A stretch of DNA of 64,000 nt from Methanotrichaceae archaeon. Lineage in GTDB: Archaea; Halobacteriota; Methanosarcinia; Methanotrichales; Methanotrichaceae. Where the stretch lies: the NCBI GenBank assembly GCA_963748825.1, contig CAVVKN010000010.1, positions 64,001-128,000 on the forward strand. Reading direction: 5' to 3'. The position numbers were made by a program, and so were the translations under genes. Position 1 is the stretch's first letter. Each line of letters starts with the position of its first letter. The notes beneath the pieces were generated by a model. The model made no database searches and was not told the DNA's origin. It saw only the letters and a program-made list of their open reading frames with translations. Positions 21,333 to 31,982 of the stretch are shown here, piece after piece.

Positions 21333-23933
21333 GTGATGTTGCCCCATTCTGACCTTAATCTGCCTCCCGGCCTGGAAGGTCTGGCTGATCTCGCCCTGGA
21401 TCTGCGCTGGACGGTGCGGCAGACCACAGATAATATCTGGGAGCTGCTCGATGCTGAGGCCTGGGAGAAGACCAAGAATCCCTACCTGATTTTGCAGAAT
21501 GTCTCCCAGGCACAATTGCGGGAAGCGGCCCGAGATGAGAACCTGGTTAAAGAGATCTCATCCTGGCAGGAGAGAAGATCCCTGCTGCTACAGAAGCCTG
21601 CCCCAGCCGGGCAGGATGATCCTGCCTCCATTGCCTACTTCAGCATGGAGTTCGGTCTCTCCGAGGCGCTGCCCATATACTCAGGAGGGTTGGGCATGCT
21701 GGCGGGAGATTATCTCAAGACTGCCAGCGATCTGGCTGTTCCCGTCACCGGAATTGGGCTGCTCTACCAGCAGGGCTACTTCCGCCAGCTTTTGGCGCAG
21801 GACGGCTCTCAGGTGGAGGCCTTTCCTTATAACGATCCGGACACCATGCCGCTGGTTCCGGCCCGATATAAAGACGGATCAAGGTTGCGAGTCAAGATCA
21901 GCCTTCCGGGAAGGTCTCTCATACTGCGCGTCTGGCAGGCTAATGTCTGCCGTGTGAATCTCTATCTGCTCGATTCCAATGATCCTATGAATAGCCCCTG
22001 GGATAGGGCCATTACCGCCAACCTCTATGCTCCCGGCCTGGAGCGGCGGCTGATCCAGGAGATAGTGCTTGGCATCGGTGGCTGGCAGGTTTTGGAGAAG
22101 CTGGGAATAGAACCGGAAGTCTGCCATTTAAATGAAGGGCATGCAGCCTTTGTGGTCCTGGCCAGGGCCAACAGCTTCATGAAGAAAGCAGGCTGTTCTC
22201 TGGCAGCGGCCCTCTGGGCCACCAGAGCGGGAAATGTCTTTACCACTCACACCCCGGTCGAAGCGGGCTTTGATCATTTCGACAGGGCTCTGGTGGACAA
22301 ATATGCCAAATTTTATGCGGATCTTTTGGGTCTCTCCCGTCTTGATCTGATGGCTCTGGGCGCCCTCCAACCGGAAGATGAGAATGCTCCTTTCACTATG
22401 GCTCATTTAGCCCTGAAAGGATGCAGTCACGTCAACGGCGTATCCCGTCTGCATGGTCGGGTAAGCCGCAAGATCTTTCAGCCACACTTTGCCCGTTGGC
22501 CGGAGATGGAGGTGCCTGTGGGGTATGTGACCAACGGCGTTCACATCCCCACCTGGGATTCACCGGCTGCTCAGAAGCTCTGGACACAAGCCTGTCCTGG
22601 AGACTGCTGGCCGGAGGGCATTGACCATTTAAAAGATGGCATCTCCCAGCTCAGCGATTCAGAGATTTGGTGTTTTAGGGCTGAGGCCAGAAGGGATCTG
22701 GTGGAATATGTTCGCCGCCGTCATGCTCGGCAGCTTCAGGAACGGGGGGCCGGGCAGGAGGAACTGAAGCTTGCCCGGCATGTCTTGAATTCCAATGTTC
22801 TCACCCTGGGCTTTGCCCGAAGGGCTACCGCATACAAGCGCACCGACCTGCTCCTCAAAAATCCGGAGAAGCTGATTGCCATTCTCACTAACAGCCAGCA
22901 TCCGGTTCAACTTGTCATGGCGGCCAAGGCTCATCCCTCGGACGAGCAGGGAAAGGAGATGGTAAAGCAGATGGTCAACTTTGCCGCGCGGCCCGAAATT
23001 TCCGATCGGGTCGTATTTTTAGAAGACTACGACATCGACCTAGCCCAGCACCTGCAGCCGGGAGTGGATGTCTGGATCAACACGCCCCGCCGGCCCAACG
23101 AAGCCTGCGGCACAAGCGGCATGAAGGTGCTGGCCAACGGCGGACTCAATCTCTCTAACCTTGACGGCTGGTGGGATGAGGCCTATGACCCTCAGGTGGG
23201 CTGGTGCCTGGGAGACGATCGGGAGCACAGCGAGCCGGGCCGGGATAATGAGGAAGCGGATATGCTCTATCGCTTGCTGGAGGAGAAGGTTGTGCCTCTC
23301 TTTTATGAGCGAGATGAAGAGGGCATACCAAAAGGTTGGGTGGCTATGGTAAAGGCCAGCATGGCCCGCCTCACACCTCGGTATAACAGCGCCAGGATGA
23401 TGCAGGAGTATGTAGAAAAGATCTACCGGCCGGCTACTATTGCCTATCGGAAGAGAACAGCGAACGGGGCCATGCTGGCAGAGGAGCTGGCAGCGTGGCA
23501 GGAGCGGCTTAATGATGATTGGAAGGAGCTGCGATTCGGCAGGCTTACCACATGTCAGGAGGGCGATTTCTGGTTCTTTTCTGTGGAGGCTTATTTGGGA
23601 GAGCTTCATCCCGAAGATGTGCAAGTGGAGCTTTATGCTGATCCCTTGCTCGGAGGTGAGCAAAACTATCATGATCCTCAGGACAAAGATGATACAAAGG
23701 CAGTGCAGGGAGCGGAGCTAAGTCAGGGAGATACCAGGCAAGCCGTGCAGAGCGGCCCGGAGAAGATTGTCATGGTGCGGCAAGGACCACTGGCGGGCGC
23801 AATAAACGGATTTGTTTATGGGGCGAGAGTGCCGGCAAAAAGGGCAGTGGAGGACTACACCCCACGAATTGTGCCACATCATGCGCAGGCGTTCATTCCC
23901 ATGGAAGAAGCGCATATCTTGTGGCAAAGGTGA
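21333..23933 (+). CDS. glgP: Alpha-glucan (glycogen/maltodextrin) phosphorylase
   Basis: YFSMEFG, YSGGLG, HLNEGH, EACGTSGMK (PLP lysine), LDGWW. Confidence 0.96.
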   Translation: MMLPHSDLNLPPGLEGLADLALDLRWTVRQTTDNIWELLDAEAWEKTKNPYLILQNVSQAQLREAARDENLVKEISSWQERRSLLLQKPAPAGQDDPASIAYFSMEFGLSEALPIYSGGLGMLAGDYLKTASDLAVPVTGIGLLYQQGYFRQLLAQDGSQVEAFPYNDPDTMPLVPARYKDGSRLRVKISLPGRSLILRVWQANVCRVNLYLLDSNDPMNSPWDRAITANLYAPGLERRLIQEIVLGIGGWQVLEKLGIEPEVCHLNEGHAAFVVLARANSFMKKAGCSLAAALWATRAGNVFTTHTPVEAGFDHFDRALVDKYAKFYADLLGLSRLDLMALGALQPEDENAPFTMAHLALKGCSHVNGVSRLHGRVSRKIFQPHFARWPEMEVPVGYVTNGVHIPTWDSPAAQKLWTQACPGDCWPEGIDHLKDGISQLSDSEIWCFRAEARRDLVEYVRRRHARQLQERGAGQEELKLARHVLNSNVLTLGFARRATAYKRTDLLLKNPEKLIAILTNSQHPVQLVMAAKAHPSDEQGKEMVKQMVNFAARPEISDRVVFLEDYDIDLAQHLQPGVDVWINTPRRPNEACGTSGMKVLANGGLNLSNLDGWWDEAYDPQVGWCLGDDREHSEPGRDNEEADMLYRLLEEKVVPLFYERDEEGIPKGWVAMVKASMARLTPRYNSARMMQEYVEKIYRPATIAYRKRTANGAMLAEELAAWQERLNDDWKELRFGRLTTCQEGDFWFFSVEAYLGELHPEDVQVELYADPLLGGEQNYHDPQDKDDTKAVQGAELSQGDTRQAVQSGPEKIVMVRQGPLAGAINGFVYGARVPAKRAVEDYTPRIVPHHAQAFIPMEEAHILWQR

Positions 23934-23976
23934 TTCCAATCTTTAAATGCAATTAAATACGATAAAAATTCTGTAT

Positions 23977-24396
23977 TCAGTCCTCTATCCCCCGCACCAT
24001 CTCCGTTAGTTCCTCCACCAGTGCCTCATCCACCTCAGCAAGCTTCACCCTTCTCATAACATTCGTCACCTCGATGTCGCCCATGACGATCTTGGGAAGC
24101 GAGCTGTGCTTGAAGCCCTCCACTACGGCATAATCCGCCCCTTCCGCTTCAAGCTCGGCCAGCGCAGATTCGAGGTTCCCCCGCTCTCGCGTCACCTTGA
24201 GTCGCGCCTCTCCCAGGCCAATGACCACGTCCGCTCCGGCATCGAAGTGACGCTTGGTGTCGCCCCGGTCCACGGGATGGCCTGCCATGTTCTTGATCGT
24301 GCCCACCTTGCCGTACTTGGCCAGCGATGCCACCAGTGCGGCCACCAGTGTGGTCTTGCCCGTCTTCTTGGTTCCTACTACGGATATTACTTTCAT
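23977..24396 (-). CDS. mobB: Molybdopterin-guanine dinucleotide biosynthesis protein B
   Basis: VVGTKKTGKTT P-loop, DT..HFDAGA, VVEGFK. Confidence 0.85.
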   Translation of the reverse strand: MKVISVVGTKKTGKTTLVAALVASLAKYGKVGTIKNMAGHPVDRGDTKRHFDAGADVVIGLGEARLKVTRERGNLESALAELEAEGADYAVVEGFKHSSLPKIVMGDIEVTNVMRRVKLAEVDEALVEELTEMVRGIED

Positions 24397-24410
24397 TTGT
24401 CTCGTTTGCT

Positions 24411-25652
24411 TCAGGCTCGCAGAAGTTCAATTAAAAATCTCGCGAAACCCTGCAGGTCTGCTACGCGCACGTTCTCGTTCAGGCCGTGGATATTGCTCTC
24501 CAGCTGCCGTCCCACTCCAAAGACGCAGGTAGGAATGCCGGTCTTCTCTGTGGCATAGGCCTGATCTAGGCTTCCCTGCGCTCCGGAGAGGCGAGGGAAA
24601 AAGCCCATGCCTTTTTGCACCGCTTCCCTCACCTCGGTCACCCATGCATGATCCGGATTCACGCTCATGGGCGGATAGCCGGGATAAAACTTGAGATCGA
24701 AGTCGACATCCAGCGGTTTCAGTGTCCTCTCTATCTCCGCCATGGCTTCATCCATGCTCTCTTCCGGTATCACACGCCGGTCGCCGCGCAAAGTGCACCT
24801 GTCAGGCACAATGTTCTCCTTGATGCCCCCGTTGATCATAGTAATGTTAAGTATGGGCATGAGGTTCTTCTTGCCCAAAGCTTCCAGGGCGGTGCTGGCA
24901 GGCAGAAGAGATCGCCTGGCCTGCACGACCTTCTTGAGATCCATGAGCGCATCCATGACAGGTATCGATCTCTCCACGGCATTTATCCCCAGAAAACTGG
25001 AGCCACTGTGCGAGGACCGGCCATGCACAACCACATCCCAGGTTATGATGCCGTTGCTGCCTATCACCACGTCATCGGAAAAGCCGTCCATGCAGAGCAT
25101 CAGGTCTCCCTTTACCTGTCCCAAATCGGTGAGATAGCACAGGCCGGAGTAGCCTCCTACCTCCTCATCCGTGGTTAAAAGAACAGAGAGATTGTACTTC
25201 GGCTTGCCGCTCTCCAGGAGCGCCTTCAACGCGGCAATTAAGGCAGCGATCGATCCCTTGCAGTCGGAGACGCCCCGGCCATAGGCCCTTCCGTTCTTTT
25301 GCACAACCAGGAAGGGATCGCTATCCCAGTTTCCTTCTGCTGGCACCACATCCAGATGGGCATAGATCACCAGCGTCTTTTCTGCTCCCACAGAAAGGTC
25401 GGCGCGCAGATTTAAGCGATCGCCCACCAGCCGCGGGTCACAGCATTTTGCCGCGAAGACGTCCTCGGGCATGACCATCTTTTGCGTAGCAAAGCCCATC
25501 TCCCGAAAGATGGGGACGAGCCAATCCACAATCTCTTCATAGCAGCCTCCGGGAGGGGCAATGGTCTTAAAACTGATGATCTTTTTTAGCAGGTCCATGA
25601 GGTAGTTGGGATCTGGCGAGGGGATAATTTCGGGCATCTTGCATTCCTTCAT
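24411..25652 (-). CDS. M20-family metallopeptidase/deacylase (ArgE/DapE-like)
   Basis: AHLDVVP, YGRGVSDCKG, DEEVGG, GGIKENIVP, IHGLNE. Confidence 0.9.
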   Translation of the reverse strand: MKECKMPEIIPSPDPNYLMDLLKKIISFKTIAPPGGCYEEIVDWLVPIFREMGFATQKMVMPEDVFAAKCCDPRLVGDRLNLRADLSVGAEKTLVIYAHLDVVPAEGNWDSDPFLVVQKNGRAYGRGVSDCKGSIAALIAALKALLESGKPKYNLSVLLTTDEEVGGYSGLCYLTDLGQVKGDLMLCMDGFSDDVVIGSNGIITWDVVVHGRSSHSGSSFLGINAVERSIPVMDALMDLKKVVQARRSLLPASTALEALGKKNLMPILNITMINGGIKENIVPDRCTLRGDRRVIPEESMDEAMAEIERTLKPLDVDFDLKFYPGYPPMSVNPDHAWVTEVREAVQKGMGFFPRLSGAQGSLDQAYATEKTGIPTCVFGVGRQLESNIHGLNENVRVADLQGFARFLIELLRA

Positions 25653-25854
25653 AAAATATGCCTAATAAGCCCTGACTGTATATTAAATGCTTTGCGGAAA
25701 AACTGATGCGATCAGCGATATTGCACGAGGATCTGATGTTCCTCGCCAAGCATTAAATTAAATAACCGCATCACAGAGCAGATGCTGGGAGTAGAGAAGC
25801 TATCTGAAATCACGGATTATTAGTTTTTGACAAAATATGAGGCCAGGGTCTTCT

Positions 25855-26157
25855 TCACTCCCGATCGCGCACATCATAAGACTCCGAGCAGACGAGAGGC
25901 TCGGCATTGCAGCCACAGAAAATACAGCCATTAGCCTCATACTCATCAGAACTCATAGTATTACCACAGATCACGCATTTATGGACTGATGCCGGCTCTT
26001 TGACCATTGGCGGATCCCGAAGACGGCAATAGTCTTCAACATTGAGAATGCATGGCTCACGGGCCCTGGCTTCGGGATGCAGGCAATAGCCAAGAAAGCC
26101 GGTCTCCTGATCCTTCCAGTAAATGCATTCTTCGTATTTCTGTGGCACTCTCACCAT
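25855..26157 (-). CDS. Small Cys-rich hypothetical protein with zinc-ribbon-like C-terminus
   Basis: CVIC...CIFC pairs plus four further Cys; GGAG RBS, 10 nt after the gpmI stop. Confidence 0.7.
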   Translation of the reverse strand: MVRVPQKYEECIYWKDQETGFLGYCLHPEARAREPCILNVEDYCRLRDPPMVKEPASVHKCVICGNTMSSDEYEANGCIFCGCNAEPLVCSESYDVRDRE

Positions 26158-26167
26158 CTCGGTCTCC

Positions 26168-27676
26168 CTATATGATTAGGCTCTTTCCGCTCATCGCTTT
26201 CGGCTGGGGGATATGCATGAGCTGCAATGCCGTGGGGGCAATATCGGCCAAGATTCCATCCTCACGCAGGCTGTACTTTTGGCCGTCATCTATTATCAGC
26301 GTGAAAGGCACTGGATTGGTGGTGTGAGCGGTATGTGGCTGGCCAGAGGTCAGATCGATCATCTTTTCTGCATTGCCATGGTCAGCGGTGAGCAGCACGG
26401 CGCCGCCCTTCTTCACAATCTCATCCACTACGACTCCCACGCAGCCGTCCACGACCTCGACCGCTTTCACGGCGGCCTCGAATATGCCGGTGTGGCCCAC
26501 CATATCGGGATTGGCGAAATTGAGAACGATGAGGTCATACTTGCCGGAGTCGATGCGCGCTATCACCTCATCTCTGACCAGGAAGGCGCTCATCTCCGGC
26601 ATTAAGTCGTAGGTGGCAACTTTTGGAGAAGGTATGAGGGCCCGGTCTTCCCCTGGATTGGGCTCTTCTTTTCCTCCGTTAAAGAAGTAAGTGACATGAG
26701 CATATTTCTCCGTCTCGGCTATGCGCAGCTGGTGGAGGCTGGCGCGACCAACGACTTCGCCAAGAGTGTCGTCGAGGTTTTGCGCCGGGAAGGCAATTGG
26801 CACGTTTAATGTGGCGTCGTACTGGGTCATGCAGGTGTAAAAAACCCGTATCGGCTTTTGGGCAAAGCCCTGAAAATCCTTATCCACGAAGGCCCTGGTG
26901 ATCTCGCGGGCTCTGTCGGGCCGGAAATTAAAGAATATGATGCTGTCCCCGTCCTGTACCAGTCCATCTCTATCGACCAGGGTCGGCTGGAGGAATTCAT
27001 CATTCTCGCCTCGCACGTAGCCGTTTTCCACTGCTTCTTTGGCCGTAATGGCATGCAGCCCCTCGCCATCGGTGAGGCAGCGGTAGGCCTTCTCCACTCT
27101 CTCCCAGCGTTTGTCTCTGTCCATGGTGTAGTAGCGACCCGAGACTGTAGCCACCTTGCCCGTGCCGATCTGCTGCAGCTTCTCCTCCAGCTCCTGCAAA
27201 TAAGCGAGAGCGCTTCGGGGAGGCACATCCCTGCCGTCCAAAACGGCGTGCACATAAACATTCTCCAGCCCCTTTTTCCCGGCCATCTCCAAAAGCGCAT
27301 AAAGATGAGTGTTATGGCTGTGCACTCCACCGTCAGAAAGCAGGCCTATCAGATGAAGCCTGGAGCCTTTTGCTCTTTCCATTGCCCGAAGCAGGACTTC
27401 ATTCTCAGCAATTGTGCCCTGCTCAACTGCCAGACTGATTCGAGTGTAGTCCTGGTAGACGATTCTGCCGCCTCCCATGTTGAGGTGCCCTACCTCTGAG
27501 TTGCCCATCTGGCCGCGCGGCAGCCCCACTGCCAGGCCCGAGGCGGCGAGGGTTGTGGTTGGGTAATTCTTCCAGAATCGTTCCAGGTTGGGCTTACGCG
27601 CCTTGGCAATGGCATTGCCCTCAACTATTGGGCTTATGCCGAAGCCGTCCATGATTATGATTGCTAAGGGCTTCAT
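26168..27676 (-). CDS. gpmI: 2,3-bisphosphoglycerate-independent phosphoglycerate mutase
   Basis: MGNSEVGH, SDGGVHSH, NFRPDR, ETEKYAHVT, DMVGHTG, TADHGN. Confidence 0.97.
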   Translation of the reverse strand: MKPLAIIIMDGFGISPIVEGNAIAKARKPNLERFWKNYPTTTLAASGLAVGLPRGQMGNSEVGHLNMGGGRIVYQDYTRISLAVEQGTIAENEVLLRAMERAKGSRLHLIGLLSDGGVHSHNTHLYALLEMAGKKGLENVYVHAVLDGRDVPPRSALAYLQELEEKLQQIGTGKVATVSGRYYTMDRDKRWERVEKAYRCLTDGEGLHAITAKEAVENGYVRGENDEFLQPTLVDRDGLVQDGDSIIFFNFRPDRAREITRAFVDKDFQGFAQKPIRVFYTCMTQYDATLNVPIAFPAQNLDDTLGEVVGRASLHQLRIAETEKYAHVTYFFNGGKEEPNPGEDRALIPSPKVATYDLMPEMSAFLVRDEVIARIDSGKYDLIVLNFANPDMVGHTGIFEAAVKAVEVVDGCVGVVVDEIVKKGGAVLLTADHGNAEKMIDLTSGQPHTAHTTNPVPFTLIIDDGQKYSLREDGILADIAPTALQLMHIPQPKAMSGKSLII

Positions 27677-27706
27677 CTCAAAAGTGTCATCGTTGCCGCG
27701 AATATA

Positions 27707-28351
27707 TTAGATCTTTTCTTTGAAACCCTCTTCTCCAATGAGCGGAACGAAGATCACACCCATCTTCTCCTCCACAGAAAAGCCGTTCTTCCTTGTCACC
27801 AGATAAAGCTCCTGATAGTCCCGGCCTACGGGAATGACCATTTTTCCACCCACTTTGAGCTGCTGCTTGAGCGGCTCGGGGACCCTAGGGGCGGTCGCAG
27901 CCACGCTTATGCGATCGTAAGGCGCATGCTCCGCCAGGCCGATACTTCCGTCGGTTTCGATCATGGTCACATTCGTTATGCCGGCTTTTTCCAGATTCTT
28001 TCTGGCCATCGCTACCAGCTCCGGCATGCGCTCCACAGAATAGACATGTCCCTTGGGACCTACCATTGTCGCCATCACCGCGGCATGATAGCCGCTCCCT
28101 CCCCCCACCTCCAGGACTACCATTCCCGGCTGCAGATCGAGAAGATCGCACATTATGGCCACCATGTGAGGAGCGGAGATGGTCTGGTTATTGCCGATAG
28201 GAAGTGGTGTGTCGTCATATGCCCGGCTTTTGAGAGCCTCGGGAAGGAAGAGCTCTCTTGGAACGCGGGACATTGCTGATATGACAGATTCTTTTACGTT
28301 GTCCTGCAGGCTGCCCAAGAGTTGCTCTCTATTCAAAGCTCTCGACCCCAC
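27707..28351 (-). CDS. pcm: Protein-L-isoaspartate O-methyltransferase
   Basis: QTISAPHMV, VLEVGGGSGY, APYDRI, FVPL. Confidence 0.95.
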   Translation of the reverse strand: MGSRALNREQLLGSLQDNVKESVISAMSRVPRELFLPEALKSRAYDDTPLPIGNNQTISAPHMVAIMCDLLDLQPGMVVLEVGGGSGYHAAVMATMVGPKGHVYSVERMPELVAMARKNLEKAGITNVTMIETDGSIGLAEHAPYDRISVAATAPRVPEPLKQQLKVGGKMVIPVGRDYQELYLVTRKNGFSVEEKMGVIFVPLIGEEGFKEKI

Positions 28352-28896
28352 ACTCTTTGTATGTCTTTGGCCTCGGCTTCATCGGCAAAGCCCTCGCCGC
28401 GCAGCTTCATCTTAACGATCACGAATTTGAACCCTTCCACTTTTCGAGCTTCCCCAACCTCAAAGACCTCGTCGCCGGCAACGTTGATCTTGAGCGAATG
28501 GGTCTTGCCGTTTCGATAGACGGAGATCTTGAGCGGCACATCATCCGTGGCACGGGCCCAGACGGTCTTTATCTTCTCAGCAGGAGCGCTGCTGACCCTA
28601 CGATCCGTCTCCAGAGATGCGATCTCTGTCATGACTACATCTTTGGCAGGATCGTCCACTAAAAGCTCATCTCCGACGTGCAACATCTCTTTAGCCGGGA
28701 TTTTGATAAAGTATGGCTCAGATAGCTCGTCATTGCTCACTATGACTTTGAGATTGACCAGCCGCTCGCGCTCTACCTGAACGGAATGAACCGTTTCGCA
28801 TTCTTCACAACGCACTAGATTCTCCTGCCCGGATTTTATCAAAGTATGCTCCGTATCGGCACCGCAAGTAGGACAGAAGATCTGATCATCAAGCAT
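28333..28896 (-). CDS. HVO_0476-family zinc-finger protein
   Basis: CPTC...H...CEEC N-terminal zinc ribbon, directly upstream of pcm. Confidence 0.85.
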   Translation of the reverse strand: MLDDQIFCPTCGADTEHTLIKSGQENLVRCEECETVHSVQVERERLVNLKVIVSNDELSEPYFIKIPAKEMLHVGDELLVDDPAKDVVMTEIASLETDRRVSSAPAEKIKTVWARATDDVPLKISVYRNGKTHSLKINVAGDEVFEVGEARKVEGFKFVIVKMKLRGEGFADEAEAKDIQRVWGREL

Positions 28897-29076
28897 AGCA
28901 TATAATTATTCCACGGAGTATTTAAAGTATGGCGGCCTGCCGCCTGCTGCTCCCGTCTGCACTTCGTAAATGAGACCGGGCGGAGCCAGAATTGATTGAT
29001 TTGCAAGAGCTCTTGAAGGCCGCAGGCATTTTTAACAAGGGAAAAATTTTTTAATGAAGACGAATTATCTAAACAT

Positions 29077-29286
29077 ATGGAAAAAGTTGTTAAAGAAAAC
29101 CGCTCCGCTCCGGATCGCGGGATGGACGAATGCTGCAACATTGCCGAGAGCATGATCGAGGAGATAAATCAGATAGCACTGCCAGAGTTTTCCATCGCAA
29201 CTTCTGCTAATAGAAGGCATAAGGACTCGCTTAAGGAGAAGCTTCTTCGCCAGATAAGAGCCGCGAGGAAGGTGGCGATAGTATGA
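29077..29286 (+). CDS. Small hypothetical protein
   Basis: 69-aa ORF in an otherwise empty gap; no motif recognised. Confidence 0.45.
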   Translation: MEKVVKENRSAPDRGMDECCNIAESMIEEINQIALPEFSIATSANRRHKDSLKEKLLRQIRAARKVAIV

Positions 29287-29428
29287 TTAATCTTATTCAT
29301 ATTTTAGATATATCCAGATTAATCTCAGACAACCAAAAATTCAAATCAACAAAAATTATTTTTATTATGTTAGGTGCGTTCTCTGGTGCACGAAAACTAT
29401 TTATATTAATCTACTAACTAATTTAGTT

Positions 29429-30118
29429 GTGGACGCTGACTCCAAAGCCTGTTCTATCCCGCAATCATGCTCTGAGGTGGAAGTAGACCTCAAGAGGCTG
29501 GACCGCATGCTTCAGGCAGCCCACCGAAGTTCCATCGACATAAAAGATAGCTATGACTTTTATGTCTTGGCCCTGAAGGAGTACAACAAGGAGAACCTCG
29601 CCGAGTCATTTCTCTACTGCGACCGGGCCAGGTACGAGCTTACCTCTGCCATCAACGATTCCAAGATCAAAATCAAAGGCTCTCGATTTCATAGCCTGAG
29701 GACCCTCTCTTACTTCTTCAAGCTCTACGGGCTTTATGCCGTGATCTTCGCTTCTCTTGCCATCATTCTCTTCAGCTTTTTGATCACCAGATTCTCTGAA
29801 GTGAGCGTTCTGGGCGTGCCCCTCTGGTCCTCTTTCTTCGCGGGCCTGGGCTCCTCGGCCCAGATACTGACGGGAGTGGCCGATGACCTGCGCCGCTACG
29901 GCCTGGCCTCGCGCTACAAAAGGCTCTGGTACATGGCCATACCGCTTCTGGCCATGGTCTTCGGCTACATGGCCTATCTGTTCGTCAGCTCCGGCTTCAT
30001 TGCGCTGGACGGCAGCACACAGAGCCGGGAGTTTTCCATCATGTTCATCTGCTTCTTGACGGGATTTCTCACCAAATGGATGATTGGCTGGCTCTCGCGA
30101 ATGTCCAGGGACATTTAG
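29429..30118 (+). CDS. Hypothetical membrane protein (soluble N-terminus, ~4 TM)
   Basis: Coding-like ORF with four hydrophobic segments; TATA-like tttatatt upstream. Confidence 0.75.
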   Translation: MDADSKACSIPQSCSEVEVDLKRLDRMLQAAHRSSIDIKDSYDFYVLALKEYNKENLAESFLYCDRARYELTSAINDSKIKIKGSRFHSLRTLSYFFKLYGLYAVIFASLAIILFSFLITRFSEVSVLGVPLWSSFFAGLGSSAQILTGVADDLRRYGLASRYKRLWYMAIPLLAMVFGYMAYLFVSSGFIALDGSTQSREFSIMFICFLTGFLTKWMIGWLSRMSRDI

Positions 30119-30142
30119 AGGTATTCAGCAATCTAGAGGTAT

Positions 30143-31139
30143 TCAACACGGCACAGCCACGTAGATATTGTGCTTGTTGCTGACAATCTGCACCCGCACG
30201 CTGCCCTGCTTGATGGGGCAGTCCACCACCGAAACCACCCGGTTTTTCGCAACGCCCAATTGTTCACCGCTCACCCAGCCCGGTGCCTTGATCTCCACCC
30301 AGGTCTTCTCCTTCTTCTCAAAGACCGTGGGAATCACAGGCCGCCGCTCAATCTTGAAGTCCTGCGCCTTGAGGCGAAGGGGAATGGAGAACTGCTTCTC
30401 CCACTCGGCCATGCTGCGATTGTAAAATTGCCACCAGTTCTGGGCCTTGACCTTGCCCGGCGAGCGGCCCAGCCGGTAGTGCTCAAACTTCTGGATGCCC
30501 AGGGGCGGCCACCTCTTTCCCGCGCCGATCTCCAGGGCGAAGCTGATCAGCTCCGGCATGTCTTCGTCGTTGATGCCCGGAATTAAAACGGGCGCAATCA
30601 AAAGGTCGATTTTGCTTTCGGCAATGCTTTTTGCCGCCTGCTTTATTTTTTCAATATCAAAGCCGGGCATGCCCGCGAGAAAGGCCGCCTTCTCCGGCTC
30701 CAGAGAGTGAATGGAAAGGTTGATCCGATCCAGGCCTGCCTCTTCCAGCGCCCGAATTCGCTCTTCATCGAGCAAGGGTGCCGTTGCTCTGCATGGAGAC
30801 GACGCTGACCTCTTTTATTGCCTTGAGCCGTTGCACCAGATGCACAATATCTGGATAGAGCATAGGCTCGCCGGGTGAATCGATGTGGCACTCCACTCCA
30901 GGCCCCTTGAAGGGGGCGATCTCCTCCACCGCCTCCATCAGATAGTCCAGCTCCACCTGGTAGTCGGTCACGCGCGAGCGGGAGTGCGGCCCCGCATCCA
31001 CCGAGCAGAAGGGGCAATTGAGATTGCAGCCGCAGCTCGGCCTGATCTGCAGCAGGCTGCTGCCCCGGTCGACCACACCGAAGTAGATACATCCCACCAA
31101 TGGGATGCCCGATTGACGAGTTATATGAAAGAGCGACAT
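30143..31139 (-). CDS. Archaeal radical SAM protein; apparent +1 frameshift in GGG 30776-30778
   Basis: CNLNCPFC, GEP, SMQSNGT|LLDEERI joins after removing one base; LDRINLS, PGIND. Confidence 0.85.
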
Positions 31140-31200
31140 TTGAGATCCTTTGCAGCGATCAATTCCGCTCACCAGCTTTAATGGCTTTCCATTGATACCG

Positions 31201-31305
31201 CTTCCGAGCAGTTCGCATTTAATCCTACCGTCTCTTCCTTTGGGAAGCCGCGCGCGGTGAAACGCGCGAGAGAGCTCGGGCGCTCTTAACGCCGGGCAGG
31301 CTTGG
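31201..31305. repeat. Structured direct repeat, copy 1
   Basis: 59-bp core 31247-31305 is 57/59 identical to 32029-32087; 31201-31233 is 24/33 identical to 31983-32015, same 782-bp offset. Confidence 0.9.
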
Positions 31306-31374
31306 AAACAATACGACGGAAGCAGTTGATGGGATTGGAGGCTTTATAGAAGAGTCTTCAGAAAACGTCCAACA

Positions 31375-31683
31375 TTATGGCTCATCATCGTTGTCATTTC
31401 TTTCAGGAGAACCGTCATTTACCAGCAAATCAGGATAATTCAAGGCAGTCTTTTCCAAAACGTAAGATGCTTTTTCATCAACAATCATATAGACGATGAC
31501 AAAGGGATTGACATGAATGCCTCTTGCCATCTTTAATCGGTACCTTTTTGGCTCACCTATTTCCGGATTATCTAATATTTGATCAATCTTCTTGATTGCC
31601 CTTTCCCGCAGTTTTCTGTCTTTCCGGGTCAACTTCTCGAACTGATTGATAAAATCCGGTACGGGCTCATACTTGAATCTCAT
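31375..31683 (-). CDS. RelE/ParE-superfamily toxin (possibly C-terminally altered)
   Basis: F..QFEKL..KD...KKIDQILDNPEIGE...ARGIHV.PFVIVY. Confidence 0.75.
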   Translation of the reverse strand: MRFKYEPVPDFINQFEKLTRKDRKLRERAIKKIDQILDNPEIGEPKRYRLKMARGIHVNPFVIVYMIVDEKASYVLEKTALNYPDLLVNDGSPERNDNDDEP

Positions 31684-31692
31684 AAAATAAAA

Positions 31693-31887
31693 TTAGAGAT
31701 TTCTTAGATAGTTCAGAAACTCCTCTTTGTCGTCAAAGGTTCTGCCAAGGCCAGCCTCGAACTGCTTAATCGATCTTCTAATATGGGCCTCAAATTCTGT
31801 GAGCTTTTGTGCCTCTTCATCGGTTAGCGGCCTCTCTATTTCCTCGGCAGTTATGGCCTGTTTTGCCTTCAGACTGTCTGAGCACAT
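31693..31887 (-). CDS. Putative antitoxin
   Basis: Small acidic ORF directly upstream of the toxin; IRRSIKQFEAG.GRTFDDKEEFLNYL antitoxin-like tail. Confidence 0.7.
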   Translation of the reverse strand: MCSDSLKAKQAITAEEIERPLTDEEAQKLTEFEAHIRRSIKQFEAGLGRTFDDKEEFLNYLRNL

Positions 31888-31982
31888 TTATTATTGAATC
31901 TCCTGGGCTTTTGGGATTTGCTGCGATTAATAATAAGTGCACTTGATACATGAACTTATCTAAAGCTTAAATGAAGGTTATG

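Noticed and set aside
23690-23760. Imperfect duplication in the glgP C-terminal region
   Set aside because: In-frame loop insertion with no evident significance
30116-30145. 12-bp direct repeat TAGAGGTATTCA between convergent genes
   Set aside because: Only 6 nt apart; simple local duplication, possibly an excision scar, but unsupported
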